Assembly (NCBI GenBank): GCA_977018835.1
Contig: OZ361259.1
Coordinates: 2,108,001-2,172,000, forward strand
Direction: 5' to 3'
Origin: Minutocellus sp. GHC0000111
Lineage: Eukaryota
Length of the DNA: 64,000 nucleotides
Both the position numbers and the translations under genes were made by a program. The stretch's first letter is position 1. Each line of letters opens with the position of its first letter. This document shows, piece after piece, positions 47,277 through 58,399 of this stretch. Below the pieces are notes generated by a model, which saw nothing but the letters and a program-made list of their open reading frames with translations, searched no databases and was not told the origin of the DNA.

Positions 47277-48446
47277 ATGACCCAAGTTGCCTGTTCCGTC
47301 ATCCTTCACGCGTCGACCCTCCGGCTGTGCTGGCGAACCAACAAGGCCACAAAGACAGATAAAAATACATGCAATTCACACGACGACCAACCACTGCTGC
47401 AATCAGCGTCGTCATTGGACGAGGAGATACCCCAACTTTGGACTCTCCTTGCCTGCCACACCATTTACGCCGGCGTATTGGAATCCCTCGTTTCGTGGGT
47501 GCCGTTCTACTACTACGCCAAGATGCTTCTGCTTTTAGTAACATTTATTCCCGGTACGCGTTTTCCCACCTATTGGTTCGAATGTTGGCTGGTTCCTGGC
47601 ATTGACAGGTTGCATTCGGCATTGGACGTGGACTGGCGGACACATCTGATGCATCAGCTTCGGTATTTTCCACTGCTGCTATTGGATCTGCTATTCGTGC
47701 CGGGAATATTGGGAGATGGCGACGACGATGGGACCGAGGCAGCGAGACGAGACCACCTCGTGGCCGAGGAGGAAGCTGTAGATGCAACGGAACTTCAGAG
47801 CCCGTCCAAATCGCGCAGTCGTCTCTTGGCGAGTGGGTTGCAGCTGCGCAACTTTTCCAAAGAACATGCCTCGTGGACACCTTCGGCGCCCAAATTGTCG
47901 TCGTCGTTGTTATCGATGACGCCGCGGAAGAAGATTGTGTTGGAATCTCCCACTGCAACACCGACGATGCGGTCGCTGCTTGCACAGACTCCTGCTGAAA
48001 CAACCAAGGCCGAAAGAAGCAGGAGGAGACGTCGACGGACGATGAACGAGAAATTCCGCAAGGTGTTGTGCGGCGACGAAAATATCCGCATACTTGACTA
48101 CCTGTTTGATTTGGATATGCCATCTCTTCCTGCGATGCAGGGCGGTGAAGAGGGCGGACGATTGAGTGGAGAAGGACGACGAAAAGTGGTCGTTTCGAGC
48201 GCCGATAGGGACGGTGACGAACGACGCCGAAAGCAAAACGAGCAGAATAGACGACGGAGGAGGACCTTTGGCGGTACCTTGATGCGAAGGGAAGAATTTC
48301 TATCCTCTTCGATTTCGGGGTGTGTGAGGAAAGAGGACGGAAATTCTGACGGCGATAACAGCCTTGGTGGTGGTGACAACACTGGTAGTGGAAGTGCAAG
48401 CACCACTGTGAGACGAAGCAGGAGAATTGCGAAGAAACAGACATAG
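47277..48446 (+). CDS. TB2/DP1/HVA22 (REEP) family protein
   Basis: ESLVSWVPFYYYAKMLLLL motif; hydrophobic hairpin followed by a long basic disordered tail. Confidence 0.8.
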   Translation: MTQVACSVILHASTLRLCWRTNKATKTDKNTCNSHDDQPLLQSASSLDEEIPQLWTLLACHTIYAGVLESLVSWVPFYYYAKMLLLLVTFIPGTRFPTYWFECWLVPGIDRLHSALDVDWRTHLMHQLRYFPLLLLDLLFVPGILGDGDDDGTEAARRDHLVAEEEAVDATELQSPSKSRSRLLASGLQLRNFSKEHASWTPSAPKLSSSLLSMTPRKKIVLESPTATPTMRSLLAQTPAETTKAERSRRRRRRTMNEKFRKVLCGDENIRILDYLFDLDMPSLPAMQGGEEGGRLSGEGRRKVVVSSADRDGDERRRKQNEQNRRRRRTFGGTLMRREEFLSSSISGCVRKEDGNSDGDNSLGGGDNTGSGSASTTVRRSRRIAKKQT

Positions 48447-48644
48447 AGTTGGGCATCCTTGCCTTGTAGCGAGGCCTGTATTTTTTACCAAGCTGAGCTA
48501 GATCTGCGTAATGCTTTCTTTAGCTCGGCGTCTGAGATATCAGCTGCGATTAGATTTGGTAGCCATTTTATTTTCCTTGTAATGCCAATTTGTCTTCATT
48601 AAATTTATCTTAGTCAAAGAAACCGAATAATCGAATCCAGCTTT

Positions 48645-49845
48645 TTATTCAGCCTTGGCCGTGGCAGCAGCAGCCGACTGAGTCATCTCTACAATGATAT
48701 TCTTCACATCCTTGCGATCCTCAGCCTTCCTGGGGAACGGCAAGCGCATCTTGAATTGATGGGGCTGATCCGATGCTCTCGGAGTACGCGAGACCTTGAC
48801 ATACATGCCGAGACTGTCCACACTAGTAACAATGGCCTCGTCAACCTCAAGGCCAGGAATGGCATCCGCGATCATTGCGATAGTGCTATCCTGATGATCT
48901 TCATTCATGTGCTGAGCAACGTGTCCACCAAAGGCCATGATGGGATCAGGCTCAGCCTCGGCATATTCTTCAGGCGTGACAGATCCAGCACGAGCGAATC
49001 CACCAACGAAACGAATGTCGACAATCTTGTCCATCCGAAACCAATTAAAATCGCCAAATTCCACTGATTAGTGAGGAGAAGAGAGAGAGAGAAATGGTTT
49101 GAATTGTTAGCAGAAGAGAGTGACAGAGAAACGGCACACGGGTAAAAAGGCACAAAAAGCACATAGATAATTTGCAAATTATTCAGGGACTCGTCTCATA
49201 CAACAATACGGTTCGTCCAAGGGGTGATAAAGCGATCATATCATAGATACCAGGCCTTCATCAGGACGGCATCAACGTACCCCAAAAGGCACCAGGATGC
49301 TTAGCCAAGTAGCAAGCCTTGGCCGCATCCTTCTCCTCATTCTTGAGCAAAGTTACTTCGCCCATCAAGTTGACTCTTCCATCGGCAGCTCCCTTGAACT
49401 CCTTAGAAGCGATTGTGACCGAGCATCTGGGATCGGCCAAAATGTCCTGAGTATGCGTGCTCATACCAGAAAACACGAAGAGAGGCCGTCCCTCTTCATC
49501 TGGGGCAAATCCAACAACAGATCCTCCCGGATAGCCCGGATTGGCCTTGCTGTTCGTGCTCATCACGGCAAAACCGTGATTGTACTGGACCAGGGAGCGG
49601 ATGTCCGTGGCCCATCCCAACTTGGGCGCGTTCTGCTGATGCTCGGCGAAGGCAGCCTGGATCTTGGCCTCTTCCGGATCCATCTCGGCAGCGGCTCCAG
49701 ACGAACGCACGTCGTGCCGAGGCGCATTCTTCTCGAACAGCGCAGATGTCGTCACCGAGCGGCTGGGAACAAACGCACTGGGCGCGAAGGCGTCACACCC
49801 CGATGTGACGATGGCAATGGCGGCGATGGCAGCGGTGACTCTCAT
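48645..49845 (-). CDS. Plastid-targeted pyridoxamine-oxidase-like/HugZ plus DUF2470 protein (heme/GluTR-binding-protein-like); intron 49280-49064
   Basis: Signal peptide plus DAFAP motif; GYPGGSVV, STHTQDILADPRCS, HPGAFW|VEFGDF, VGGFARAG, HMNEDH, VDSLG. Confidence 0.85.
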
Positions 49846-50157
49846 GGTTGCCCTACGGAATACCTTCTCGATCTCGTCTTTGTACCAAATTAATTTGTGA
49901 GTCAGATGACCCCTGGACCGTTTCGGGGGAACCCGGAGATCTATCGATCCCTCGATCCCTCGCCGCCACTCAGGTGACCTTTGTCAGACCATCATGCACT
50001 TCAATGATGGATGGACCGGTCTCCGACGTCGAGAAAACATATACGGTGGCATAGTCTAGCTCCAGCTACATAAATATTATACAGCAATGTCTCTGGACAC
50101 TTCATGTACGACATGTCCAACTGCAGAGGAATTCCTCGTGAAATTCTCTCTCAAGAT

Positions 50158-51567
50158 CTACTTCTTCTTGCTGCTGCCATTGCTTAGCTCCGTTTCCACC
50201 TTGGCAATTTCCGAATCCAGCACGCCGATGACTTCAGCAAAGTCCGGTCGCTTCTTGAAGGAATCGCTCCAACAGGATTTGATCAGATTCTGGAGATCTT
50301 CGGGCCAAGTATCGTCGATATCGGGCAGGGTTCCAAAGTTACAAACCATTTCTCGAATCATGGCCTGATTGAAAAACTTGAAGGGTATTTCCATCGCCAC
50401 AACCTCCCAAAGCATGATACCAAACGAATGCACATCAACAGAAAAGTTGTAGGGCTTCTTATTGGCCACTTCCGGTGCCATGTACCGGATGGATCCAGTG
50501 TTGCCCGTTAGCCGGTACGCACCATTGGCCATCTTGTCTTCCGGATGCAACTCCTTGGCCAATCCAAAATCAAACACCTTGACAACATTCTTTACATCAA
50601 AGCCAATGTTCTCGGGTTTTATGTCGCGATAAATCACATTCAGACCGTGCAAGTGTTGCATGGCCGAGGCAATGTTCCTCGCCACAGTGAGGCGTTCTCC
50701 AAATAATCGCTTCTTCTTGTTTTTGCTAGCTCTCTTGAACATGGCTAGGCAGGACGTCGAGTTCTTCAACTCCTCCTGCCAATCCTCAATCCGTTCGTCG
50801 AGAGTATCGTACAGCCGATCCATAACAATGAAATAATTCTTGTCAAACATATCAATCTCTCCCACGGCACGCATCTTGATAATGTGTTGGTGGTTCAACA
50901 CCGACAAAAAGTGCGTCTCCGTGGCCATATCCATCGCGGCCCGGATGAACTTTTTGGCATTGGCCTTGACCTCCGGGCTAACTTCCTTGATGGCATACCG
51001 AGCCGCTCCACCCTTGCCGAGTACGAAATCCTGCATAAACTTTTTGGTTTGGAAGGCGTTCTCATCAAAGTCGGGATCCAATTCCGGCACGTACTCTGGT
51101 TCGTCCACCACGGCTTGCTCCTTCTGTTCATGCTGCTGCTGCTTCTTGGACTTCTTTTTGCTGCCAATTTTACCGCTCAGTCGTCGTGGAGATGGCGCCA
51201 CCGGTGGTGGTGGCGGCGGCTGCGGGGCAATGTTGGCCCAGCTCCGGAACGAAAAGGAATTGTGCTTGGTATCTTTTTTTATGCGGATTCCCAAAATTTC
51301 GCTCACGGTTCCGAACCCACCCTTTCCCAAGACATTGCCAATCTTGAGCTCGTCCTTGTGAAATTGGGGGAACAGCTGCTCCTTCTCTCCGATGCCCAGC
51401 TTCGTATCGGCAAAGCTTGCCTTGACCTTTTCCCGTGCCTTGTCCAGCGCGGCCTTGACGGCGGCAATCTTCTCGGCGTCGAGATCGGCCGCTGTCGGTG
51501 CAACTACTGGTGCCGATCCTGGCGTTGTTGTTTCCTCCTGATCTTCCGACAGCGTTTGGAGGACCAT
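50158..51567 (-). CDS. Protein kinase (TKL-like, diatom-expanded type)
   Basis: LGKGGFG, YAIK, YRDIKPENIGFD, DFGLAKE, GSIRYMAPE, SFGIMLWE, RPDF. Confidence 0.93.
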   Translation of the reverse strand: MVLQTLSEDQEETTTPGSAPVVAPTAADLDAEKIAAVKAALDKAREKVKASFADTKLGIGEKEQLFPQFHKDELKIGNVLGKGGFGTVSEILGIRIKKDTKHNSFSFRSWANIAPQPPPPPPVAPSPRRLSGKIGSKKKSKKQQQHEQKEQAVVDEPEYVPELDPDFDENAFQTKKFMQDFVLGKGGAARYAIKEVSPEVKANAKKFIRAAMDMATETHFLSVLNHQHIIKMRAVGEIDMFDKNYFIVMDRLYDTLDERIEDWQEELKNSTSCLAMFKRASKNKKKRLFGERLTVARNIASAMQHLHGLNVIYRDIKPENIGFDVKNVVKVFDFGLAKELHPEDKMANGAYRLTGNTGSIRYMAPEVANKKPYNFSVDVHSFGIMLWEVVAMEIPFKFFNQAMIREMVCNFGTLPDIDDTWPEDLQNLIKSCWSDSFKKRPDFAEVIGVLDSEIAKVETELSNGSSKKK

Positions 51568-52344
51568 CTTTGGTGGACGTGTGGTCGACACCTGGAGGTA
51601 GAGGTGGAAGCAATGGCGTGGGACACGTTTGTTGCGTGTGCTCCCTCCGAGAGATTTATTGGAGATCAGTGACGAGTGGACTGACGGATGGAGCGCCTTG
51701 AATTGAATTTTCTCCGGGGGATACTGGCGACGAATCAGCACTATTCTTCACGTGATTAGCGACCTATTGGGTTTCTTATGGGTGCAATGGGGGCGCTACT
51801 GTGGTTCGGCTTTTAGCGAAAGTGATGGCTCGATGCATGGTGCATGGGCGTGGATTTCGGCGGAATGCGGCACAGAAAAAATGGCATACAGGGTTACTTC
51901 GATCGGGGAGACCTCTAAAAAAGAATGGAGTGAGTCGAGTAAGTCCAACAGAAGAAGATGCCGTGATTGCGTGGAGGAAAGTAAAAAGAAACACCGAGCA
52001 AAATTGAAATTAAGGTTTAGTTACATATTGATAATAGATTATACTCCTTAAGAAAAAGTAAAATCAAAGATAATTGTATATATTGGGTAACAAAGCCTGT
52101 CAAGGAACACCAAAGCGAACAGGCCCACAGCAATCGCAAGGCCATTGTCCATATCTCAAATCGTGGACCAATCATTTCCCCTTGTTGAGGTTGTATTGCC
52201 TTGCCTCGGCCCCTCAGTTCTTGTGTCAAACCACACCGACGCGCTTGTGTGCGTGCTGTCCCTTTCCTGCTGTCCTATTGCCGTGGCGCTTTCTCGTCTC
52301 TGCTGATTATATTGCCATCGGCGCGCGCTTCCATCAAAAGAAGA

Positions 52345-55300
52345 ATGATGCAGACCAAACCAAGACATTCACAGTCCCGAGTGTCCGGGCTGGCCGGGGC
52401 TGCCGCCTTGACCGGAACCATGGCGGTTCTGCTGGCGACGACCCTTGTCCAAGCCGACATGGGGCCCAATCCAGAGCCGTTTGAGTTCATTGAGAGCGAT
52501 GGGTCGCATTCCGGTGCTCTTTGGGTCAAGGGCCGGCTGGACGAATACATCTGGCTCGAGGACGAAAATTCCATAACGGTCATTCACGACGAGGAGACCG
52601 GCAACGACTACTACGCGTACTACGACGACGTTACCAGCGAGGTCCTGCCCGATTACGACTGCCGCGTCACCCGCGATGGTACCTGCGACGCGCGGAAGAA
52701 GGGGTACAAGAAGCGGCAGAAGCCCAGCACGGCGGTACGGGAGCAGACGACGGGCAAATTCGGACGCAAGGCCCGAAGGTCCAAGCTCCATCCCAAGATC
52801 CTCCGGTACAAGGCCCGCAAGAGGCAGAAGAAGATGAACCAACAGAAGGGTTTGGGCGGGGACTATGATCCCAACCGTCGTGCCCTTCGCAGTCTCCGCG
52901 GCCTCCAGGGTGATGGCGAAGTGCTAAAGAATATGGTAATTTTGCTCTTCTTCTCGAATCACTTCGACCGCCAGTTGCCCACGGAAGCTCAGTACGAGCA
53001 GCTCTTCAACGCCAAGGATGCCTTCCTCGATCCCGCGGCCCATCCCAACTGCGACACTGGCAGTGTTCGTGATTGTTTCCGAGTTGGATCTCATGGTGAC
53101 CTCGACCTCGATTCCGAGATCTTCGGATGGCTCACGCTGCCCCAGACCGAGGCCTACTACGTCGACGGGTACTACGGCGTCACCGGCCGTCTTCAGCAGG
53201 AGGGATTGGCGTGGGGACTGAATCAGGTCCAAGACATCCTTCACGCTCAGGGACGAAGCTTTGCCGAATTCGACCAGGATGGGGATGGATGGATCGACTC
53301 CATTACCTTTATTCACTCCGGCTACGATGCCGCCGCCGGAGGGGCCGACTGCTACGGTACCTCCCCCTCTGGACGTGTCTGGTCTCATAAGTGGGCTATC
53401 CCTGGAGACTGGAGATCCGCCGAAAACGTCAAGGTAGGCGACTATCACATCAACGCAGGCCTCTGGGGAACCTGCAACAGCGATATCGCGAGAATTGGAG
53501 TCATCTGGTGAGTATATGTACGAATCTTTTTCACCGTTCTGATCTGATTTAACCTCTTGGCTAACTTGACTTGTCTTTCACTTTTGTGTTAAATTATCTG
53601 CACCAACAGTCACGAGACTGGTCATTTCCTTGGCCTACTCGATATGTACGATGGCAATGGCCCGGTCGGAATCGGTAATTGGGGGATGATGGTAAGTTTG
53701 GCAGTAAGAGACTCTTTCGTTTCTCTCAGTTCTTCTTCTGTTTTTACTTTCTCACTCTTAACTCAATCGTTCCCCCCTTACTCCTCCACTTTTGATTTGC
53801 AACTCGCAGGGTAATGCCTGGGGATGGTCTGGTCAGCAAAAGGACCCCCCAGCATTCGATGCCTGGTCCAAAATCCAGCTAGGGTGGCTCGATCCGGTTT
53901 ACATAACCGAGGATGGAACCTACAGCGTTGCCCCTACCCACGCAAGCTCGGTGATTTATGTTATCAACGATGGTTTTCCTGATAAGGAATACATGATCTT
54001 GGAGAATAGGCAGTCTTTCGACATGGACAAATTCAACTTCAATGGCGGATTGATGGTGTATCACATCGACGAGAGGGCTCAGATCAACAATGAAGGCCAT
54101 CCTGGACAATCAGGGTGGCCTGCCAATGGCAATCACTACGCTTGCTCTATCCTGCCGAGAGATGGCGCGTACGATCTTGAGAAGGGCAGTAACTACGGAG
54201 ATGCCAACGATCTCTTCCGCAACGGAGATGAGCTCGGTCCGAACGGTGTGTCTTTCAACGGTGAACAAAGGTCGGCGTATCCCAACACCGACTCGTACCA
54301 GTATGGCAATATCGAGTCAACCGGCCATACAATCTTTGGTATCGACGTCAAGGCCGATGGTTCCATCGGCTTTAATTACTGCAATGGTTGTGACCCCTCG
54401 ACATTCAGCGGTGGGCCTGTGGGTTCTCCCACGAATCCACCCCCAACCCCCGTCCCGCCAACACCAGGTGAGTCATTTGCTTGTCTTTTTCTTATGTGGA
54501 TGGGACCTGAACTTATGTTACATTGCTTTTCCTTCGAAAACATAATCTCAACATTTTCGTACATGTTTGTTGCCGGCCTCAAAAATTCATAGTGCCTCCC
54601 ACTCCAGCACCGCCAACGCCTGTGCCTCCCACTCCAGTGCCGCCAACGCCCGTTCCGCCTACGCCAGGTAAGAACTTATTTTTCTTGAGAAAGTTTTGGT
54701 GAACTATTGATGCATGCGCTTGATCTACCTCCGAATTATCGTAAGTCCTCACCTTTTTTCCATCGGTACATTATCCTGATCTCCTTTACACCCTTAGTGC
54801 CTCCCACTCCTGTACCGCCTACACCGGTGCCGCCCACGCCTGTTCCGCCAACTCCAGGTGCGTGTTTTCTCTCTCTCCTCCTCCCCCCTTCAAATTCATC
54901 GCAATTAATATTTTCTACTCGTTCAAATCTCGCAAATTGTGAACCCTCAACAAATTCATCATTTTCAATGCTTTCTACCTTTTTCACTCCTAGTGCCCCC
55001 AACGCCGGTACCACCGACGCCTCCACCGACATCGTCGCCCACGGTGGCACCAAATCCGCTACCTACCACGCCTTATCCCAGCCCTTCTCCCACCAAGACA
55101 CCCACCAAGTCTCCAACGGATGTCAACCACTGTTTGTCGAATCCATGCCAGAATGGTGCGACGTGCAAGGACTGCAACTCGGTCGTTTGCAATAACAATT
55201 ACGACGACTATGAATGCGAATGCGTTGGCCCTGCCGCGGGATATGGTGGTCGACACTGCGAGACCAACATCGATGATTGTCTTGGCCAGCCCTGTGTCAA

Positions 55301-56363
55301 TGGGGGTAGGTGCATCGACCTAGTCAATGCCTATCAGTGCGACTGCTCCGACACAGGATATTCCGGTACCGTGTGCGACGTCCGAGATCCAACTCCCGCA
55401 CCCACTCCTGCTCCTACCCCTGGGCCGACCCCGGCTCCGACCCCCGGACCAACACCAGCACCCGTCGTTCCAACTCCGGCACCTGTCGAGCCAGTCGCCC
55501 AACCAACCCTCCCCCCAGCGGATGCAACCCTTTTACCCAATCCCCTCTTCGTCTCCTATGAAGGCGGCAGTGGTCAAGATGGTGTCATGTTTGATACCGT
55601 CGCCCTTGCCCACATCCACGTCAAGGAATTCGAAATCAACTGCGATAGTACCAATGTAGAGTACTTTGAAGTTTACACGAAGAGCGGCTCGTACGATGGG
55701 TTCGAAAGTTCGGCATCGGATTGGACAAAATTCTGCGTTGGAGACGTCCAATGCATGGGTGCCGGCGAGTCTACCCTTATTCCCTCTTCACTCTGCAGTG
55801 ACGACGTGAAAGTTGCAGCCGGTGACGTTCAAGCATTCTACATTACGTCGAACAGATCTGTTGTGGACTACACATCGACAAGGACCAAGGAGGGCAATGT
55901 CGCCGCCGAAAATGAGTGCGTCGCGCTCTTGATCGGCAAAGGAAAGGAGTACCCCTTCAAGAAATCTCACAAGAAGCGCATTTTCAACGGACAACTGGAT
56001 ATTCTCTGCGATGTACCCCAAGGTTTATCGGGCATTTCCGGCAAGACAACGTACCCGTTTGGTATGCCCGGTAGTGGCGGCGGTAAGAAGAAATAGAACA
56101 AGGGCGGCAAAAAGGCCAAGTTCATGCCTCGAGACGGCATGTCTGATGCTGTCTGTGAGGATTATGATGACTGCAACGATGACTTGGAATGCATCGATAG
56201 TAGATGCGAAATCAGAATAGGATTCGATGGAGGCGAGGGGTTAGAGGAGTGCGGCTTGGATGGTTCCCCTTGTGTCGCAGGAGCAGATTGCTGTTCGGCT
56301 TACAAGTGCGAGCTGGTCGGTTCCAGCAGCACAGATCGGAGATGTAAACCTCTCGACTCGTAA
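52345..56363 (+). pseudogene. Secreted M6 (immune inhibitor A-like) metalloprotease with Pro/Thr linkers, EGF repeats and a Cys-rich tail; five introns; in-frame TAG at 56094-56096
   Basis: FDQDGDGWID..IHSG, WSHKW, spliced ICHETGHFLG; introns ~53509-53609, 53692-53809, 54468-54592, 54668-54797, 54858-54993; CLSNPCQNGATC and NIDDC..PCVNGG EGF repeats; frame continues past TAG into 56124..56363. Confidence 0.8.
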
Positions 56364-56603
56364 CTGTATAATCAATCTATTACAATAAGACTCTTGTATT
56401 GCATGTACGGTGGAGAATCGAATCTACCAGTTGGAAACTTGAATCCTGGCTCGACTCGAACTCGACTCACTCCTCCTGATGACTGGTCCATGGTCCGTAC
56501 CGGTAGTTGCCGCCACCACGGAGAGTTGCCACAAGCGCAAGAGAAAACACCCGGATCAGCAAATCCGCATCCGGCCGTATCCACGCCATTTTCACAACAG
56601 CAA

Positions 56604-58227
56604 GATGGGGAGCAAGACGCATCGCCAGCGACCCACCTGCGTAGAAGGCAGAACACGGCGATTCTACCGCCAAATATCTCTCGTTTTTCCATTGGTGGCC
56701 GTTCTTTTCGTGGGGTGCGAAAGCTTTGAAGGACTTGCCCTGCGACGACCCTTGGGTGGCGCCTCTTGCGCCATCGCCATGCACCGTAGAGGAAATAAAT
56801 CGGCAGCAGTTCAGCCAACGTACTCAAGGTCTTCTCTTGCCTTCAAGCGATCTGAAGAAGATGATCTCAATGTTGCTGTCATAGACGAGGAGAAGGGTGG
56901 TATTGGGCCGTATATCACCATCGTTTTGCCTCTGCTTCTAGTGTACATCAGCAATCAATGGAGTCGAGCTTCCCTCTACTATTTGGTTGATTTCTCCGAT
57001 TCCACCGATGTTACTGCATACACGGCGATGAATGTAGACCTTGGCTTCTCGCAGGCTCAATATGGGGCCCTTGCAAGTGTGGCCTTCACGGCCTTGTTTG
57101 CAGTGGCTTCACTATTTGCTGGAAATTTTGCAGACAAAAACGACAGGCGCGTGCTGACAGCAGGATCGGCTACCGTGTGGACTGCGGCCACGCTCGGTAC
57201 CTCCATAGCAACAACATACGAACAGGTGGTGATTTGCCGCATTGTTATGGGACTTGCATGTGCCTTTACTACTCCTGCAGCCTACACACTGATTCGAGAC
57301 AGTGTACCTTCGTCCCGAGCTGCATTAGCAAATTCCCTCTATGGCGGAGGGATTTATCTAGGCGGAGCACTTGCCTCTCTCTCGATTCTACTGGACAATT
57401 CGCTCGGCTGGAGAGGTGCTCTTGGAGCAATCGGCGTATATGGATTGGTGTGTACTCTTCTGTCGGCGCTTATTTTACCAGCTGATCCTAAGACTGTTGC
57501 CAACGAAGGCACTGCCTCTACCATTTCCGGAAAGAGCAAAGAAGCGGCTGAGTCAATGTCGGTCATTGACGATGCGAAGGCAGTTCTTTCAACGCCCCGG
57601 GTGCGATGGCTTTTCCTCGCGTCATTTACGCGCTTCTGCTCAGGATTATGCATCGGTGTGTGGGGAGCGCCCTACTTTCGATCTGCATTTCCAGACGACG
57701 CAACGACATATGCGGTAGTCAATGCTTTCATTGTTGGGCTCTGTGGCGTGACAAGCGGCATCCTAGGCGGAGTTCTGTCGGATAATGCTGCTGAAGTTGC
57801 GTCCGAGCGAGGAATCGAAGAGAATAAAGGCCGACTAGCAGTTCCGATTGTTGGCTCACTTCTTGCAGTTCCGAGCTGGTCGTTAGCTGTCAACTCGTCG
57901 ACGTTTGAGCTCAGTATGGCCTGGTTAGCAGTCGAGTATTTGGTGGCAGAGTGCTGGTTTGGGTCGGCTGTTGCGGTCCTGCAATCCAGCGTCGGTAAAG
58001 AGAGGGGAGGCACTGCGCAGGGTATGTTCACTCTGACTGGAGCTGTGGGAAATTTGGCACCATCGTTACTTGGCGTACTTTATGGCCAGGCCACTTCGCA
58101 AGGAGTTGACAATCAAGTGGCTCTTTCCAACCTATTGGGTGTGGCTGTATGTGTCGGTTACTTGATAAGTGCCGTGTGCTTCTTCCTCAGCTCGCAAGCT
58201 CCAATCACTGCTGATAATTCCAGCTGA
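56604..58227 (+). CDS. Major facilitator superfamily transporter (Spinster-like); start codon uncertain
   Basis: ~12 TM helices; AGNFADKNDRR motif A, RIVMG, GWR, GGVLSD. Confidence 0.88.
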
Positions 58228-58399
58228 TTATGAGACTACACAATACAGGCTTGATGCCTTTGCTAATATGGAATTGTAGTGTGCCGCTGCTATTTCTACA
58301 TTTAGACAAGTACGTCGTAGCTTGCTCTTTGATTTAATTTTCTATTTCGGATTCGGATTCGGATGGTATTACACTCTAGCTCGCTACAGTGGTACTTAT

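Noticed and set aside
49170..49270. CTGATGA..CTGA in the intron (minus strand) as a box C/D snoRNA or hammerhead ribozyme
   Set aside because: No clear terminal stem or rRNA guide match, and no GAAA core for a hammerhead
282..56096. Alternative genetic code with reassigned stop codons
   Set aside because: Internal stops are rare, imply different amino acids, co-occur with frameshifts, and all three codons end normal genes here
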